Notes: generated by a model not told the origin, from the letters alone. A stretch of 64,000 nucleotides of DNA from an uncultured bacterium (GCA_963768835.1 CAVYJB010000002.1:136230-200229), one strand, 5' to 3'. Positions 1 to 9,643 are shown, numbered from the stretch's first letter. Program-made: numbers and translations.

Positions 1-171
1 AAAGTCGGCGAGAAAGTCCAGTTCTTGGGCGCCACCACCAGCTTCGACGAAACCATCCGTTCCATGCAATACAACCATAAAGAAATTATGGAGGCTGCGA
101 AAGGGCAGGAGGTTGGTATCAAGGTGGGCGACAAGGTTCGAGAAGGTGACGAGGTGTACATTGCGGGGTAG
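1..171 (+). CDS. 3' end of small beta-barrel protein (translation elongation factor domain-II-like / U32 peptidase C-terminal-like), partial
   Basis: Manual translation of frame 1: KVGEKVQFLGATTSFDETIRSMQYNHKEIMEAAKGQEVGIKVGDKVREGDEVYIAG*. Confidence 0.7.
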   Translation, partial: KVGEKVQFLGATTSFDETIRSMQYNHKEIMEAAKGQEVGIKVGDKVREGDEVYIAG

Positions 172-187
172 CTTTACTAGTTCCCGC

Positions 188-1294
188 ATGCGATCCTATC
201 CGTTTGTTCTGGCCTCGTGTCTCTTGGCCGGGACCATACTCGGTGCGGGGATTTTCTCCCTGCCCTACGTCGTAGGGCGCGTCGGTCTTGTGACCGGCCT
301 TTTTTATTTGCTTGTTCTCGCCTGCATCTATGCCGTCCTGCATAGGATGTACGCTACGCTTTTCGAGGCTCGTCCCGGGGAACACCAATTTATCTATCTT
401 GCTCGAACATTTCTTCCTCCGTTCTACGCGACCGCAGCTTCTCTTGTGGTGTTCGGAGAACTCCTCTTCGTTATGCTTATCTATCTTACGCTTGTCCCAG
501 CGTTTGCTCTCGTCGCGTTTGGTGCGGCGCCCGCAGTAGCTTTTATTGGGTTCTGGGTCTTGGGTTCTCTTTTCATTTTTGCGCGCCTTTCCTGGATGGG
601 ATTCGCAGAGCTCATAGGAGTGCTCGGAATTGCGACCATCGTCGGAGCCGTGCTCCTGGCGGGAGGGGGGGCCCTGCACGTACCCGCGTTCCGTGCGCTT
701 GATCTAGAGAACGCTCTTCTCCCATTCGGCCCCATGCTCTTTGCGCTTGCTGGGTGGCCGGCAGTGGCAGGTGTTGTTGGTATATATCAGCGCGCGAAAC
801 GAGAAGGACGATCCTTCTCTCTCGCTGGCGCCGTAACCGTCGGAACATTTCTTGCAGCGCTTCTCGCGGGACTCTTTGTTGTGGGGGTTCTCCGTCTCGT
901 GCCGGAACCCTCTCCGGCAGCACTTCCAGGCCTCGCGTTTCTCCCTCCCGTCCTCTTCGCTTTCTTGGGGGGTCTCGGGCTTCTCACGATCTGGCTTTCT
1001 TATTTCGTAGTCGGTTCAAACCTTCGGGACATCCTGCGGTGGGACCTGCGAGTCCCTCCATTTCTCGCGGGTGCCGTGACTGTTCTCGCGCCACCACTGC
1101 TCTTTCTAGTAGGTTTCCGAAACTTCCTTAGTGCCGTGAGCTTCACGGGCGGCACTTTCTTGGCCCTTGAGGGCGCCTTTGTGGTCTGGATGTGGCGTCG
1201 AGCCTTTCCCACAAACCCTGCGCGGTGGGTAAGTCTCCCGCTTTTTGGCATATTTGCCATTGCGCTAATCCATCAAATAGCCTCTCTCCTATGA
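188..1294 (+). CDS. amino acid permease (aromatic amino acid transporter family)
   Basis: Highly hydrophobic; N-terminal GTILGAGIFSLPY motif; ATG at 188 preferred because the longer ORF overlaps the upstream gene. Confidence 0.8.
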   Translation: MRSYPFVLASCLLAGTILGAGIFSLPYVVGRVGLVTGLFYLLVLACIYAVLHRMYATLFEARPGEHQFIYLARTFLPPFYATAASLVVFGELLFVMLIYLTLVPAFALVAFGAAPAVAFIGFWVLGSLFIFARLSWMGFAELIGVLGIATIVGAVLLAGGGALHVPAFRALDLENALLPFGPMLFALAGWPAVAGVVGIYQRAKREGRSFSLAGAVTVGTFLAALLAGLFVVGVLRLVPEPSPAALPGLAFLPPVLFAFLGGLGLLTIWLSYFVVGSNLRDILRWDLRVPPFLAGAVTVLAPPLLFLVGFRNFLSAVSFTGGTFLALEGAFVVWMWRRAFPTNPARWVSLPLFGIFAIALIHQIASLL

Positions 1295-2661
1295 AAAACA
1301 ATTGGAGTCCTCAAGCGTTTGTCCGGTGGATTACCTTCGCGCTCGTAGTAGTCATACCCCTAGGAACCAAGAAGTTTTTGTTCCCGTTCCCCCTTCCGTT
1401 CACCAATGTCTACGTGAACGAATACTCTGCCGCATTTCTCTTCGGAAGCGACCTCCTTCTTCTCGGGCTCCTTGGGGCTGTTCTTGTCTGGCTTCGTCCA
1501 GCATTCATTGCTCTCCTTAAGCGCTACTGGCTGCTTATCGCACTTCTTTGTATCGGGCTTCTCACGCTTTTGGAGGCGACGAACCCCGGATTAGGTTTCT
1601 ATGTTTGGATCCGTCTGGCGCTCGTGGTTCTAGGCGCGCTCGCAATCGCAAGTGCAGTAAAAGAGGAGTGGGTCAATCCTAGGATATTATTTGTGGGTCT
1701 TGCTCTGTCCGCTATCCTTGAGGCGCTCATCGGTATCCGACAGTTCTTGGTGAATGGAAGTGCGGGTCTCACAATCCTAGGAGAACCGGTTATCACATCC
1801 CTCACAAAAGGTGTGGGACGCGTGGTCGTCGCCGGAGGGGCGCTTCTTCGAGCCCAAGGGACCATGCCCCACGCGAACATCCTCGCGGGATTCCTGCTCA
1901 TGGGGCTTGGCGCCTTTTACTATCTTTTTTTGACGACGCCAGAGGACGCGCGACGAATCCATTTGGCAGCAATAATCCTCGGGATACTCACGCTCTCTGT
2001 GGGGCTCGCGGTCACCTTCTCGCGCTCGGGGTGGATCACGACGCTCGTTCTCACAACTGGAGTGCTTCTCTGGGGATGGCTACGGAAGGGACGCAGACGG
2101 CGCACGTTGGAACTTCTGGCAGTGCTCGCAGGCACATCCCTTTTCCTTTTTGTGGTGCTCGGGTGGGCTATCGGTGCCCGCGCCAGTCTTTCGCCCACAG
2201 AGGGTCCTGTCGCGGATCGCGTGGCGTATGACCATATTGGTCTTGAGATGATCGGGGCGCATCCCTTGGGTGTAGGCATCGGAAACCAGCTTCTCGCGGG
2301 CGTCCACGAAGGATTTTATCAGAGACACAATATCCCAGAATGGTGGCGCTGGCAGCCGATTCACAATATTTATCTCCTAATTGGTGTCGAGGTAGGCCTT
2401 CCCGGTCTTGTAGCGTTCCTCTGGTTTCTTATGCTCGTGATGCGTTCGGCCCTGCCTCACCTCCGCCGGGGAGATCCTGACGCATGGTTCCTGCTTCTCA
2501 TTCTTGTTGCGCTCCTAGGATTCGCCCTCGTGGATCATTTCCTTTGGGATTTAGAGAATGGAAGGTTGATGTTGTGGGTCATTTTAGGCATACTGATGGG
2601 CGCAAGCGGACGCCCCCATCGTTCAATGGATAGGACGCTGGCCTCCGAAGCCGGAAATTGA
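1291..2661 (+). CDS. O-antigen ligase family membrane protein
   Basis: Multi-TM; RAQGTMPHANILAG, TFSRSGW, HPLGVGIGN and PIHNIYLL motifs; ATGA-type overlap with upstream stop. Confidence 0.85.
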   Translation: MKNNWSPQAFVRWITFALVVVIPLGTKKFLFPFPLPFTNVYVNEYSAAFLFGSDLLLLGLLGAVLVWLRPAFIALLKRYWLLIALLCIGLLTLLEATNPGLGFYVWIRLALVVLGALAIASAVKEEWVNPRILFVGLALSAILEALIGIRQFLVNGSAGLTILGEPVITSLTKGVGRVVVAGGALLRAQGTMPHANILAGFLLMGLGAFYYLFLTTPEDARRIHLAAIILGILTLSVGLAVTFSRSGWITTLVLTTGVLLWGWLRKGRRRRTLELLAVLAGTSLFLFVVLGWAIGARASLSPTEGPVADRVAYDHIGLEMIGAHPLGVGIGNQLLAGVHEGFYQRHNIPEWWRWQPIHNIYLLIGVEVGLPGLVAFLWFLMLVMRSALPHLRRGDPDAWFLLLILVALLGFALVDHFLWDLENGRLMLWVILGILMGASGRPHRSMDRTLASEAGN

Positions 2662-2683
2662 GGTTCGACTCCTCATGAGGGCA
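2612..2683 (+). tRNA. tRNA-Arg(CCG)
   Basis: Cloverleaf GCCCCCATCGTTCAATGGATAGGAC...CTCCGAA...GGTTCGACTCC; one C-A mismatch in acceptor stem; overlaps upstream CDS. Confidence 0.9.
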
Positions 2684-2735
2684 CGAATAACGAAGACCCA
2701 CCATATGGGTGGATCGGATGCTCTATAATTCAAGC

Positions 2736-3353
2736 ATGGGCAAGGTAGAGGAACTTAGAGAATTAGAGCAGGAAATAGCTTCTGATGCCGCACTCCCGCT
2801 TCAAGGAGCAAATCTCGTTTTCGGGGAAGGGAGCCCAGATTGCGACGTGATGTTTATCGGTGAAGCGCCGGGCATGACCGAAGACCAGCTCAAGCGCCCT
2901 TTCGTGGGGCGCGCGGGGCAGCTTTTAGACAAGCTTATTCAAGGTATCGGTTGGAAGAGGCAGGATGTCTATATTACAAATATCGTGAAACGACGGCCGC
3001 CAGACAACCGAGACCCGCTTCCGGAAGAGATCGAAGCGTACAAGCCCTATCTGGCTCGTCAGATACAGATCATTAATCCGAAGATCATAGCTCCCTTGGG
3101 GCGTTTCGCGATGAACTACTTTCTGCCGACTGCGAAAATCACGCGGGATCAAGGGAAGGTTTTCCGGGTTGGGGATCGTTTCGTAGCGCCGCTCCTACAC
3201 CCCGCCGCGGCCTTACGGGGGACTGGGGCAATGCAGTCGCTCGAAGGGGCATTTAAAAAACTTCCCCTCATCGTAAAAAAATACGAGGAACTTGCGGAGA
3301 GGGTTGCTCCAGCTTCGGGGCCTTCCAACGCTTCCCAAACCAAGCTTTTCTAG
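2736..3353 (+). CDS. uracil-DNA glycosylase, family 4
   Basis: GEAPG, PFVGRAG, TNIVK-RPP-NR and HPAA motifs. Confidence 0.92.
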   Translation: MGKVEELRELEQEIASDAALPLQGANLVFGEGSPDCDVMFIGEAPGMTEDQLKRPFVGRAGQLLDKLIQGIGWKRQDVYITNIVKRRPPDNRDPLPEEIEAYKPYLARQIQIINPKIIAPLGRFAMNYFLPTAKITRDQGKVFRVGDRFVAPLLHPAAALRGTGAMQSLEGAFKKLPLIVKKYEELAERVAPASGPSNASQTKLF

Positions 3354-3360
3354 GGATTAT

Positions 3361-3389
3361 TGACAAATATGTGTTAATATGCTATTCTA
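3361..3389 (+). promoter_or_regulatory. sigma70-type promoter
   Basis: TTGACA-17bp-TATTCT upstream of the 3437 ORF. Confidence 0.6.
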
Positions 3390-3436
3390 TTACCAGATCG
3401 TGAACAATTGTTCCACTAGCCAAAAAGGGAGTTCCT

Positions 3437-3796
3437 ATGGAACCCTCGATAGTTCTCGGCTTTATTTGTCTCGTTTCACTCGCAGGAATCATTCTCACTT
3501 CCGTCCATCTGGTCCGGCTGTTTCGGACGGTGCAGAGCGAGAAACAAGTGGGCCGCTTTCGTGTCCACTACCTGCGGAACGGCAAGGACATTGAACTTCC
3601 TCCCTATCTGAGTGTCTTAAAAAGGCATCCGGCTGTACTCTTTGTCCGATGGAGTGAGCCGGAACCAGGCATGCCCGGGTTCTACCGGTTCTGTACCTGG
3701 ACACAGATGACGCAGAAGGAGACGAAGTCCAAAAGCATTCACATGCAGAGAGATGAGGAATTGATTGCATATCCGAAAAAAGGAGGTGCGCAATGA
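3437..3796 (+). CDS. hypothetical protein with N-terminal TM helix
   Basis: ORF with GGGAG RBS; coupled to next ORF by ATGA. Confidence 0.6.
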   Translation: MEPSIVLGFICLVSLAGIILTSVHLVRLFRTVQSEKQVGRFRVHYLRNGKDIELPPYLSVLKRHPAVLFVRWSEPEPGMPGFYRFCTWTQMTQKETKSKSIHMQRDEELIAYPKKGGAQ

Positions 3797-4092
3797 TCGA
3801 AGTTCTTACACGAATCCAGATTGAAGCCACATATATCGCGGCGTCCGTTTCCCTCACCATTCTCCTGATTCTGGCGGGTCTGGCGACCGTACCGCCATTC
3901 CGGTTCCAGAAGACCGTTGCGACCATGATTCCCGCTCTCCTCCTGTTCCTGTGGTGGGAGAGAATTATCCCGCTTTCCCATTGGGGAGAACCAAGACTTA
4001 CCTGGCTGGTGGTTATCGGAGCTGGGGCATTCTTCGTCGCCTCCGCTTTCAACGACCTTAAAGGACTCCTCCATCAAGGAAGATTCCCTTGA
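3793..4092 (+). CDS. hypothetical membrane protein
   Basis: AGGAGG RBS; about 3 TM segments. Confidence 0.6.
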   Translation: MIEVLTRIQIEATYIAASVSLTILLILAGLATVPPFRFQKTVATMIPALLLFLWWERIIPLSHWGEPRLTWLVVIGAGAFFVASAFNDLKGLLHQGRFP

Positions 4093-4105
4093 GGTTCAGC
4101 TATAC

Positions 4106-4139
4106 GCCGGCAACGCAAAATAACGCGTTGCCGGCTTTT
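4106..4139 (+). terminator. intrinsic terminator
   Basis: GCCGGCAACGC / GCGTTGCCGGC stem followed by TTTT. Confidence 0.75.
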
Positions 4140-4167
4140 CCTTACTTTTCCGTGCCGACAAGGTATA

Positions 4168-4521
4168 ATGAGTCCAATGTTTAGGGCCCTGCTCTATCTC
4201 AGCGAGCATTTCTTTTATCATATTATTGAATTCCTCCGCCACTGGTACGTAAAGAGCGCTAAGCTCTATGCAAACTTCGTCCTGAACAGACTTGAGGCGC
4301 TTGATTACTATCTCGCGTGGCGCATCACGGCGAAAAACCTCTTCGAGCCGCTTTATAAGGATTATTCGGTGATTGGGCGGATGCTCGGGTTCGTTTTCCG
4401 CTCCATTCGCCTTATCGTTGGCAGTGTAGTTTACGCATGCCTCTTTGCAGTAGCCATCGCCCTCTATCTGGTTTGGGTCGCAATTCCGCCCTACCTCGTC
4501 CTAAAGGTTATCTCTGGCTAA
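4168..4521 (+). CDS. hypothetical membrane protein upstream of Clp ATPase
   Basis: ORF ends 1 nt before the Clp start; LFEPLYKDYSVIGR segment plus TM helix. Confidence 0.7.
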   Translation: MSPMFRALLYLSEHFFYHIIEFLRHWYVKSAKLYANFVLNRLEALDYYLAWRITAKNLFEPLYKDYSVIGRMLGFVFRSIRLIVGSVVYACLFAVAIALYLVWVAIPPYLVLKVISG

Positions 4522-4522
4522 C

Positions 4523-7048
4523 ATGGCACGTCTTTTATTCCGCGATGAACGATTTCTCCTGCCTGCGTACGCGGAGTTCTTCGTGCGGCTTATTGTCTAC
4601 TCCTGGTACGTTGTTTTCGGGGTTATAACACTCCTCCTAATCCTTTCCGCTGTCTTAGCGCACCCCCCCGCGTTTAACGGTTCTTTGGCTCTCGGATTGC
4701 TCTTCGCTCTATTTCTTGGTGACCGACTCCTCCACTACGGGGAGGGGGAACATCCTCTCTATGAGCTCAATCGAGGAGCTGAGGTGAATCTGGCGGTTGC
4801 CCTCACGCCGTCTGCTTTTCGGCTCGTGCACCGTTCGTTCCGAAAAGCGCTCGGCACGCACGAATCTTTTGAACTTCTGCTTCTAAAGGAGCTTGTGGAG
4901 CGAGGCGATATTCGGGAAGCGCTCCGTCGGCTTGATGTCCCTGCCAAAGATTTTCTGGCGAAAATCGAAGAGTACCTAGGGCGGGAACGGAGTGCAGCTC
5001 AGACGCCAACACGTGCCGATCTCTTAACGATCATCGGAGCTCTTGTAGAAGCGGCCTACCAGAACGCTGAGGGTGCCAGCGAGAAATTTATTGAGCCACG
5101 GAACCTTCTCTTTGCGTTGGGGAGCATTCCCAATCCTTCTATACAAAAACTCTTTGAGCTTTTCAATATCACCGCGGCGGACATAGGAGAAGCTATCATC
5201 TTTGGGAAGTGGGGCTCCCGCTTCGCGCGCTTGCGGAGTCTCCCGGCTACGCTTGGAGGGTTTGCCAATCATCGGATGATGCGCCACCGCGTGATGAATC
5301 GCGCTTGGACGGCGCGTCCCACGCCCACCCTGGACCGTTACAGCGCGGACCTAACCGACCTCGCGCGGGAAGAGTCTATAGGGTTTCTGATTGGCCATAC
5401 CAAGGAGTATGACCACCTTCTTCAGGTTGTGTCGCGCCCCGGGATGCCGAACGCCATCTTGGTAGGCGAGTCGGGTTCCGGGAAGTCCTCTCTCGTCGCC
5501 CACCTCGCATATCAGATAGTGAAAGATCAGGTTCCGCCCGTACTCTTTGATAAGCGGCTCGTATCGCTTCGCATCGCCGACCTTACCGCAGACGCGCCCG
5601 CGGAAGTCCTTACTGGGCGACTCGAGAAAATAGCGGATGAGATCCTTAAGGCGGGGAATATCGTATTACACCTTCCGAACATGCACGATCTCTTCCGCAC
5701 CGGGGGGACACGCGGGCTGGACGCTATCGATATCCTACTTCCCATCATTAAGAGCACTGCGATTCCAGTCATCGGAGACACTTTTCCGCGCGAGTTTAAG
5801 CAATATATTGAAACCCGTTCGGATTTCCTCGAGCAATTTGAAGTGGTTCCGGTGGAGGAGATCTCAGAAGCTGAGGCGCTTCGATTTCTTATCTATTCCA
5901 GCCTGATGCTTGAGAAGGAATACAAGGTCCTCATCACCTTCCGAGCTCTTAAGAAGGCGGTTGAGGTCGCGCATCGCTATTTTAAACCCAAGCTCCTCCC
6001 CGGGAGCGCGGTTGATCTTGTAAAACAAGCACTTGCGAAAGCTTCCCAGGAGCATCTCGTAGCCGTGAATGAAGACGTGGTCGTGGCTGTCGCGGAGCGG
6101 CAAAGCAAAATCCCTATCGAAAGGGCGGGAGCTGCCGAAGCGGAGAAACTCTTAGATCTCGAGAGCACCATTCATCAACGGCTTGTGGACCAGGAAGCGG
6201 CCGTTAAGGCTGTTGCGCAAGCTCTCCGCGAGTATCGGAGCGGCCTTGCGCGACGAGGTGGTCCCATCGCCACCTTCCTTTTCGTGGGGCCTACGGGCGT
6301 AGGGAAGACAGAACTCGCGAAAATCCTTGCGGAGACCCAGTTTGGTTCGAAGGACGCGATGACACGTCTCGATATGACCGAGTACCAAGATAAGCAGAGC
6401 ATCTTCCGCCTTATCGGAAATCCCGACGGATCCAGAAGCGGAGCTCTAACCGACGCGGTCCTCGCACGGCCCTACTGCCTCGTGCTCCTGGACGAGTTTG
6501 AAAAAGCGAGCCCCGACGTTCTAAATCTTTTCCTGCAGGTTTTCGATGACGGGCGTCTCACCGACAGCCTGGGGCGCACCGTGAACTTCGAAAACACCAT
6601 TCTCATCGCCACCTCGAACGCACACTCGGACTACATCAAAACTGAGATTGAGAAAGGACGCACCAGCGAGGATCTCGAGGAGGACATTAAGCGAAAACTG
6701 ACGGACTACTTCAAGCCGGAACTCCTAAACCGTTTCTCAAACATTATCGTGTTCCGGTCCCTCAAACTTGAGGAGATCCACACTATCACCAAGCTTCTTC
6801 TCCAAGAGATTGCCATGATACTTTCTGATACGCAGGGCATTACTCTCGAGGTGGACGAGGATGCGGTCAAACGCATTGCCGAGCTCGGCTACAGCCCCGC
6901 TTTCGGTGCCCGACCTCTCCGACAAACCATATCAGAGAACGTAAGAAGCGCTCTTGCTGAGAAAATTCTCCGGAAAGAGATCGGTCGGGGCAACACCATA
7001 CGCCTTGTCTACGCGGATGGCCGGTTCGATTTCAAGCTCATCGCCTGA
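4523..7048 (+). CDS. ClpA/B/C-family AAA+ ATPase with N-terminal TM segments
   Basis: Walker A GESGSGKS and GPTGVGKT, second Walker B LLDEFEKA, FKPELLNR and GARPLR motifs. Confidence 0.92.
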   Translation: MARLLFRDERFLLPAYAEFFVRLIVYSWYVVFGVITLLLILSAVLAHPPAFNGSLALGLLFALFLGDRLLHYGEGEHPLYELNRGAEVNLAVALTPSAFRLVHRSFRKALGTHESFELLLLKELVERGDIREALRRLDVPAKDFLAKIEEYLGRERSAAQTPTRADLLTIIGALVEAAYQNAEGASEKFIEPRNLLFALGSIPNPSIQKLFELFNITAADIGEAIIFGKWGSRFARLRSLPATLGGFANHRMMRHRVMNRAWTARPTPTLDRYSADLTDLAREESIGFLIGHTKEYDHLLQVVSRPGMPNAILVGESGSGKSSLVAHLAYQIVKDQVPPVLFDKRLVSLRIADLTADAPAEVLTGRLEKIADEILKAGNIVLHLPNMHDLFRTGGTRGLDAIDILLPIIKSTAIPVIGDTFPREFKQYIETRSDFLEQFEVVPVEEISEAEALRFLIYSSLMLEKEYKVLITFRALKKAVEVAHRYFKPKLLPGSAVDLVKQALAKASQEHLVAVNEDVVVAVAERQSKIPIERAGAAEAEKLLDLESTIHQRLVDQEAAVKAVAQALREYRSGLARRGGPIATFLFVGPTGVGKTELAKILAETQFGSKDAMTRLDMTEYQDKQSIFRLIGNPDGSRSGALTDAVLARPYCLVLLDEFEKASPDVLNLFLQVFDDGRLTDSLGRTVNFENTILIATSNAHSDYIKTEIEKGRTSEDLEEDIKRKLTDYFKPELLNRFSNIIVFRSLKLEEIHTITKLLLQEIAMILSDTQGITLEVDEDAVKRIAELGYSPAFGARPLRQTISENVRSALAEKILRKEIGRGNTIRLVYADGRFDFKLIA

Positions 7049-7052
7049 TCCT

Positions 7053-7724
7053 ATGCGTATACGAATGGATCTAAAACTGAATATCCGCGAGCTCTCCATA
7101 AACCGCATCGTCCGGTACCTAGTCGTTGTAGACCTAATGCTCTGGGGCGGTTGGGGGCTTTTCGCGCCCATCTTTGCTGTCTTTATCCTCGATCGGATCC
7201 CGGGCGCCACCCTTATCACCATCGGGGCTGTTTCCGCCCTCTATTGGACCGTAAAATCCATCATTCAGATTCCCATTGCTCTCTTTTTAGATCGTCGCGC
7301 CGGAGAACGGGACGATTTCTATACCGTGATAATGGCACTGATTCTTGCGGGTTTCACCGCTATCAGCTTCCTCCTCGTGCATACCATCCCTGGCCTTTTC
7401 CTTGTTACGTTCTTGCAAGCCGTCGCTTTCGGTATTTATATTCCCGCTTGGTCGGGCATTTTTTCACGCCACCTCGATAAAAACCATTACTCGTTTGATT
7501 GGTCCCTCGACAGCACGAGTGTGGGTTTTGCCTATGGTGTGACGGCGCTTGTGGGCGGAAGCCTCGCCGCACTTCTAGGGTTCGAGACTGTTTTTATCCT
7601 CGCAAGCGTTATTTCTTTCACGAGCGCCGTAGTGCTTTTCTTCGCTCCGAATCTTATTCTGCCCAAGCCAATCGTGAAGTCGATAGCAGAACGCGGTGTT
7701 CCACTGTCGGAACACCCGCAGTAA
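7053..7724 (+). CDS. MFS-type transporter (half-size, about 6 TM)
   Basis: Hydrophobic MFS_1-like repeat. Confidence 0.75.
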   Translation: MRIRMDLKLNIRELSINRIVRYLVVVDLMLWGGWGLFAPIFAVFILDRIPGATLITIGAVSALYWTVKSIIQIPIALFLDRRAGERDDFYTVIMALILAGFTAISFLLVHTIPGLFLVTFLQAVAFGIYIPAWSGIFSRHLDKNHYSFDWSLDSTSVGFAYGVTALVGGSLAALLGFETVFILASVISFTSAVVLFFAPNLILPKPIVKSIAERGVPLSEHPQ

Positions 7725-7733
7725 ACTTAAAGC

Positions 7734-8267
7734 ATGGTGGAGCGGACGATAAAAGAAGTTTCGGCGGGCATCGTTATTTATCGGAGGACCAAAGAAGGTC
7801 CCCGATTCCTCATTCTCTATCACGGTGGACGCTACTGGAATTTCTCCAAAGGAAAGCTTTCTGAGGGTGAAAAGAGTTTCCGCGCAGCGCTCCGCGAGGT
7901 GTGGGAGGAAACTGGTTTGAGCGAACGCGACCTGCAGTTCAAGGACTGGTTTCGCGTGCAGGATCATTTCACCTATACACGTAACAAGCAAAAGATTTTC
8001 AAGACGGTTACCTACTATCTTGCTGAAACTACCAACACCAACGTGCGCGTGCAGGAAGTGGACGAGGAGAAAGAAGGGGAGCGCTGCTACGGCTACGGAT
8101 GGTTCCTATACCCCGACGCGCTCCGCGTCCTTATCCACCGAAACCTACGCACTATTCTGAAGCGTGCCCACGATACGGTTCTGCACGGAAAAAGCATGCC
8201 TGCTAATAGACCAGCAGCCCGCAGCGGCGGTCACGAGCGTCAGAGCACCCCACCCAATCGGCGGTAA
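7734..8267 (+). CDS. NUDIX hydrolase (Ap4A hydrolase-like)
   Basis: Nudix box KGKLSEGEKSFRAALREVWEETG; SAGIVIYR start. Confidence 0.9.
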   Translation: MVERTIKEVSAGIVIYRRTKEGPRFLILYHGGRYWNFSKGKLSEGEKSFRAALREVWEETGLSERDLQFKDWFRVQDHFTYTRNKQKIFKTVTYYLAETTNTNVRVQEVDEEKEGERCYGYGWFLYPDALRVLIHRNLRTILKRAHDTVLHGKSMPANRPAARSGGHERQSTPPNRR

Positions 8268-8281
8268 GGCGCCGTCTATCT

Positions 8282-8617
8282 ATGAGAAAGAAAAGATCGG
8301 GGCCTAAGGAAGGGGAGTTGCCAAGGTTCTATAGCCTGGTTTATCGTATCGCCCGCGGTGTTCCTCGCGGAAAGGTTGTCACGTATCAGCAGCTCGCACG
8401 CGCGGCTGGAAACCCTCGTGCGGCTCGAGCCGTTGGGAGCGCCATGAACCGGAATCCCTTTGCTCCCAAGGTGCCCTGCCATCGTGTTATCCGTTCTGAT
8501 GGATCTGTTGGAGGGTTTGCTCGCGGAACCCCGGAGAAAATCCGGATGCTCGAGCAAGAAGGCGTTATTGTGCAAAGAAAGCACATAGACCTTCATCGCT
8601 TCGGGTGCAAGATATAA
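8282..8617 (+). CDS. methylated-DNA-protein-cysteine methyltransferase (MGMT family)
   Basis: VPRGKVVTY, RAVGSAM and active-site PCHRV. Confidence 0.9.
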   Translation: MRKKRSGPKEGELPRFYSLVYRIARGVPRGKVVTYQQLARAAGNPRAARAVGSAMNRNPFAPKVPCHRVIRSDGSVGGFARGTPEKIRMLEQEGVIVQRKHIDLHRFGCKI

Positions 8618-8644
8618 AAACCCGGGGTCCTTTCGGCCCCGGGG
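8616..8644 (-). terminator. intrinsic terminator (possibly bidirectional)
   Basis: CCCGGGGCC-GAAA-GGACCCCGGG followed by TTTTT on minus strand. Confidence 0.7.
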
Positions 8645-9116
8645 AAGGCAGGCCCCATCCATAAGGGCCGCTTCGGTTTTCGCGCCGGTCGTTATCCGCT
8701 GGAGAATGCGTTCATGCTCATAAACGCATTCATAGACATCACCCCCTTCCAGAGTAATCCCGGTTGTATGTAAACGATCCAGTTATCCCGTCGGCGAGCC
8801 CCTCCTGCGATGGGCATTCGTAAGGCCTGCGCCGAGATTCCATCGTATCACGCACAAAATTTGTTTTCAAGAATATAAAAGAATAGAGGGTGTCCAATAA
8901 TGAACACCCTCATGTGAGGCCCCATGGTTAGGGGTAAAAAGGATTGGTACTTTCGTACCGGGTATTTCAAGGAGCTTGCGTTAGGCTCGTGCGGATGTTT
9001 CTAGATTACTACCATTGCCTAACACTTAAATTGTAAATCTCTGCCGCGCCGCGTCAAAGAGAGTTATCCACATATCCACAGTTAGCAAAAGCCCCCGTTT
9101 ACGGGGGCTTTCTCTG

Positions 9117-9461
9117 TTATTGGACAAACTCCACAACTTTTTTGAAAACCGCAGGATGGTTCTTTGCGAGGTCTGCGAGTGTTTTTCGATCCAGCTTCAC
9201 GTTCTTCAGTTTGAGTGCGTGAATAAGTTTCGCATACGTAGTGCCTTCATTGCGCGCCGCGGCATTCACCTGGACATTCCACAGGGCGCGGTAAACCCGC
9301 TTTTTTTCTTTTCGTCCCTTGAACGCGCGACTCCACGCATGAAGCAATGCTTCTTTCGCGGCGCGTTCCTTGGATTTGCGACCCCACTTGAATCCCTTTG
9401 TGTACGTGAGGAGCTGCTCTCGCTTACGATGTGCTCCCGTACCTCGTTTAACGCGTGTCAT
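9117..9461 (-). CDS. rplT: 50S ribosomal protein L20
   Basis: MTRVKRG start, KKRVYRALWNVQVNAAAR, LDRKTLADLA. Confidence 0.97.
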   Translation of the reverse strand: MTRVKRGTGAHRKREQLLTYTKGFKWGRKSKERAAKEALLHAWSRAFKGRKEKKRVYRALWNVQVNAAARNEGTTYAKLIHALKLKNVKLDRKTLADLAKNHPAVFKKVVEFVQ

Positions 9462-9463
9462 GG

Positions 9464-9640
9464 TTAGTAGAAGTAGTGTCGGATGGAATGCCCTCCGAAG
9501 TCAATGCCGCGGGAAAGCTTCTTACGTTTCATCTGGGTGGTGCGCTTGTTGGACCGGGAGTGGCCGAGGGCCATCGCCCGGCGGCGTATCTTGCCGGTCT
9601 TCGTGATGCGGATGCGTTTTCGAACGCTGTTCTGTGCCAT
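9464..9640 (-). CDS. rpmI: 50S ribosomal protein L35 (58 aa, absent from the ORF track)
   Basis: Manual translation MAQNSVRKRIRITKTGKIRRRAMALGHSRSNKRTTQMKRKK...; lies between infC and rplT. Confidence 0.9.
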   Translation of the reverse strand: MAQNSVRKRIRITKTGKIRRRAMALGHSRSNKRTTQMKRKKLSRGIDFGGHSIRHYFY

Positions 9641-9643
9641 GTG

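Noticed and set aside
9064-9080. DnaA boxes (TTATCCACA plus a near match) as oriC
   Set aside because: Only two boxes, with no dnaA/dnaN or DUE nearby; may be regulatory but insufficient for an origin call
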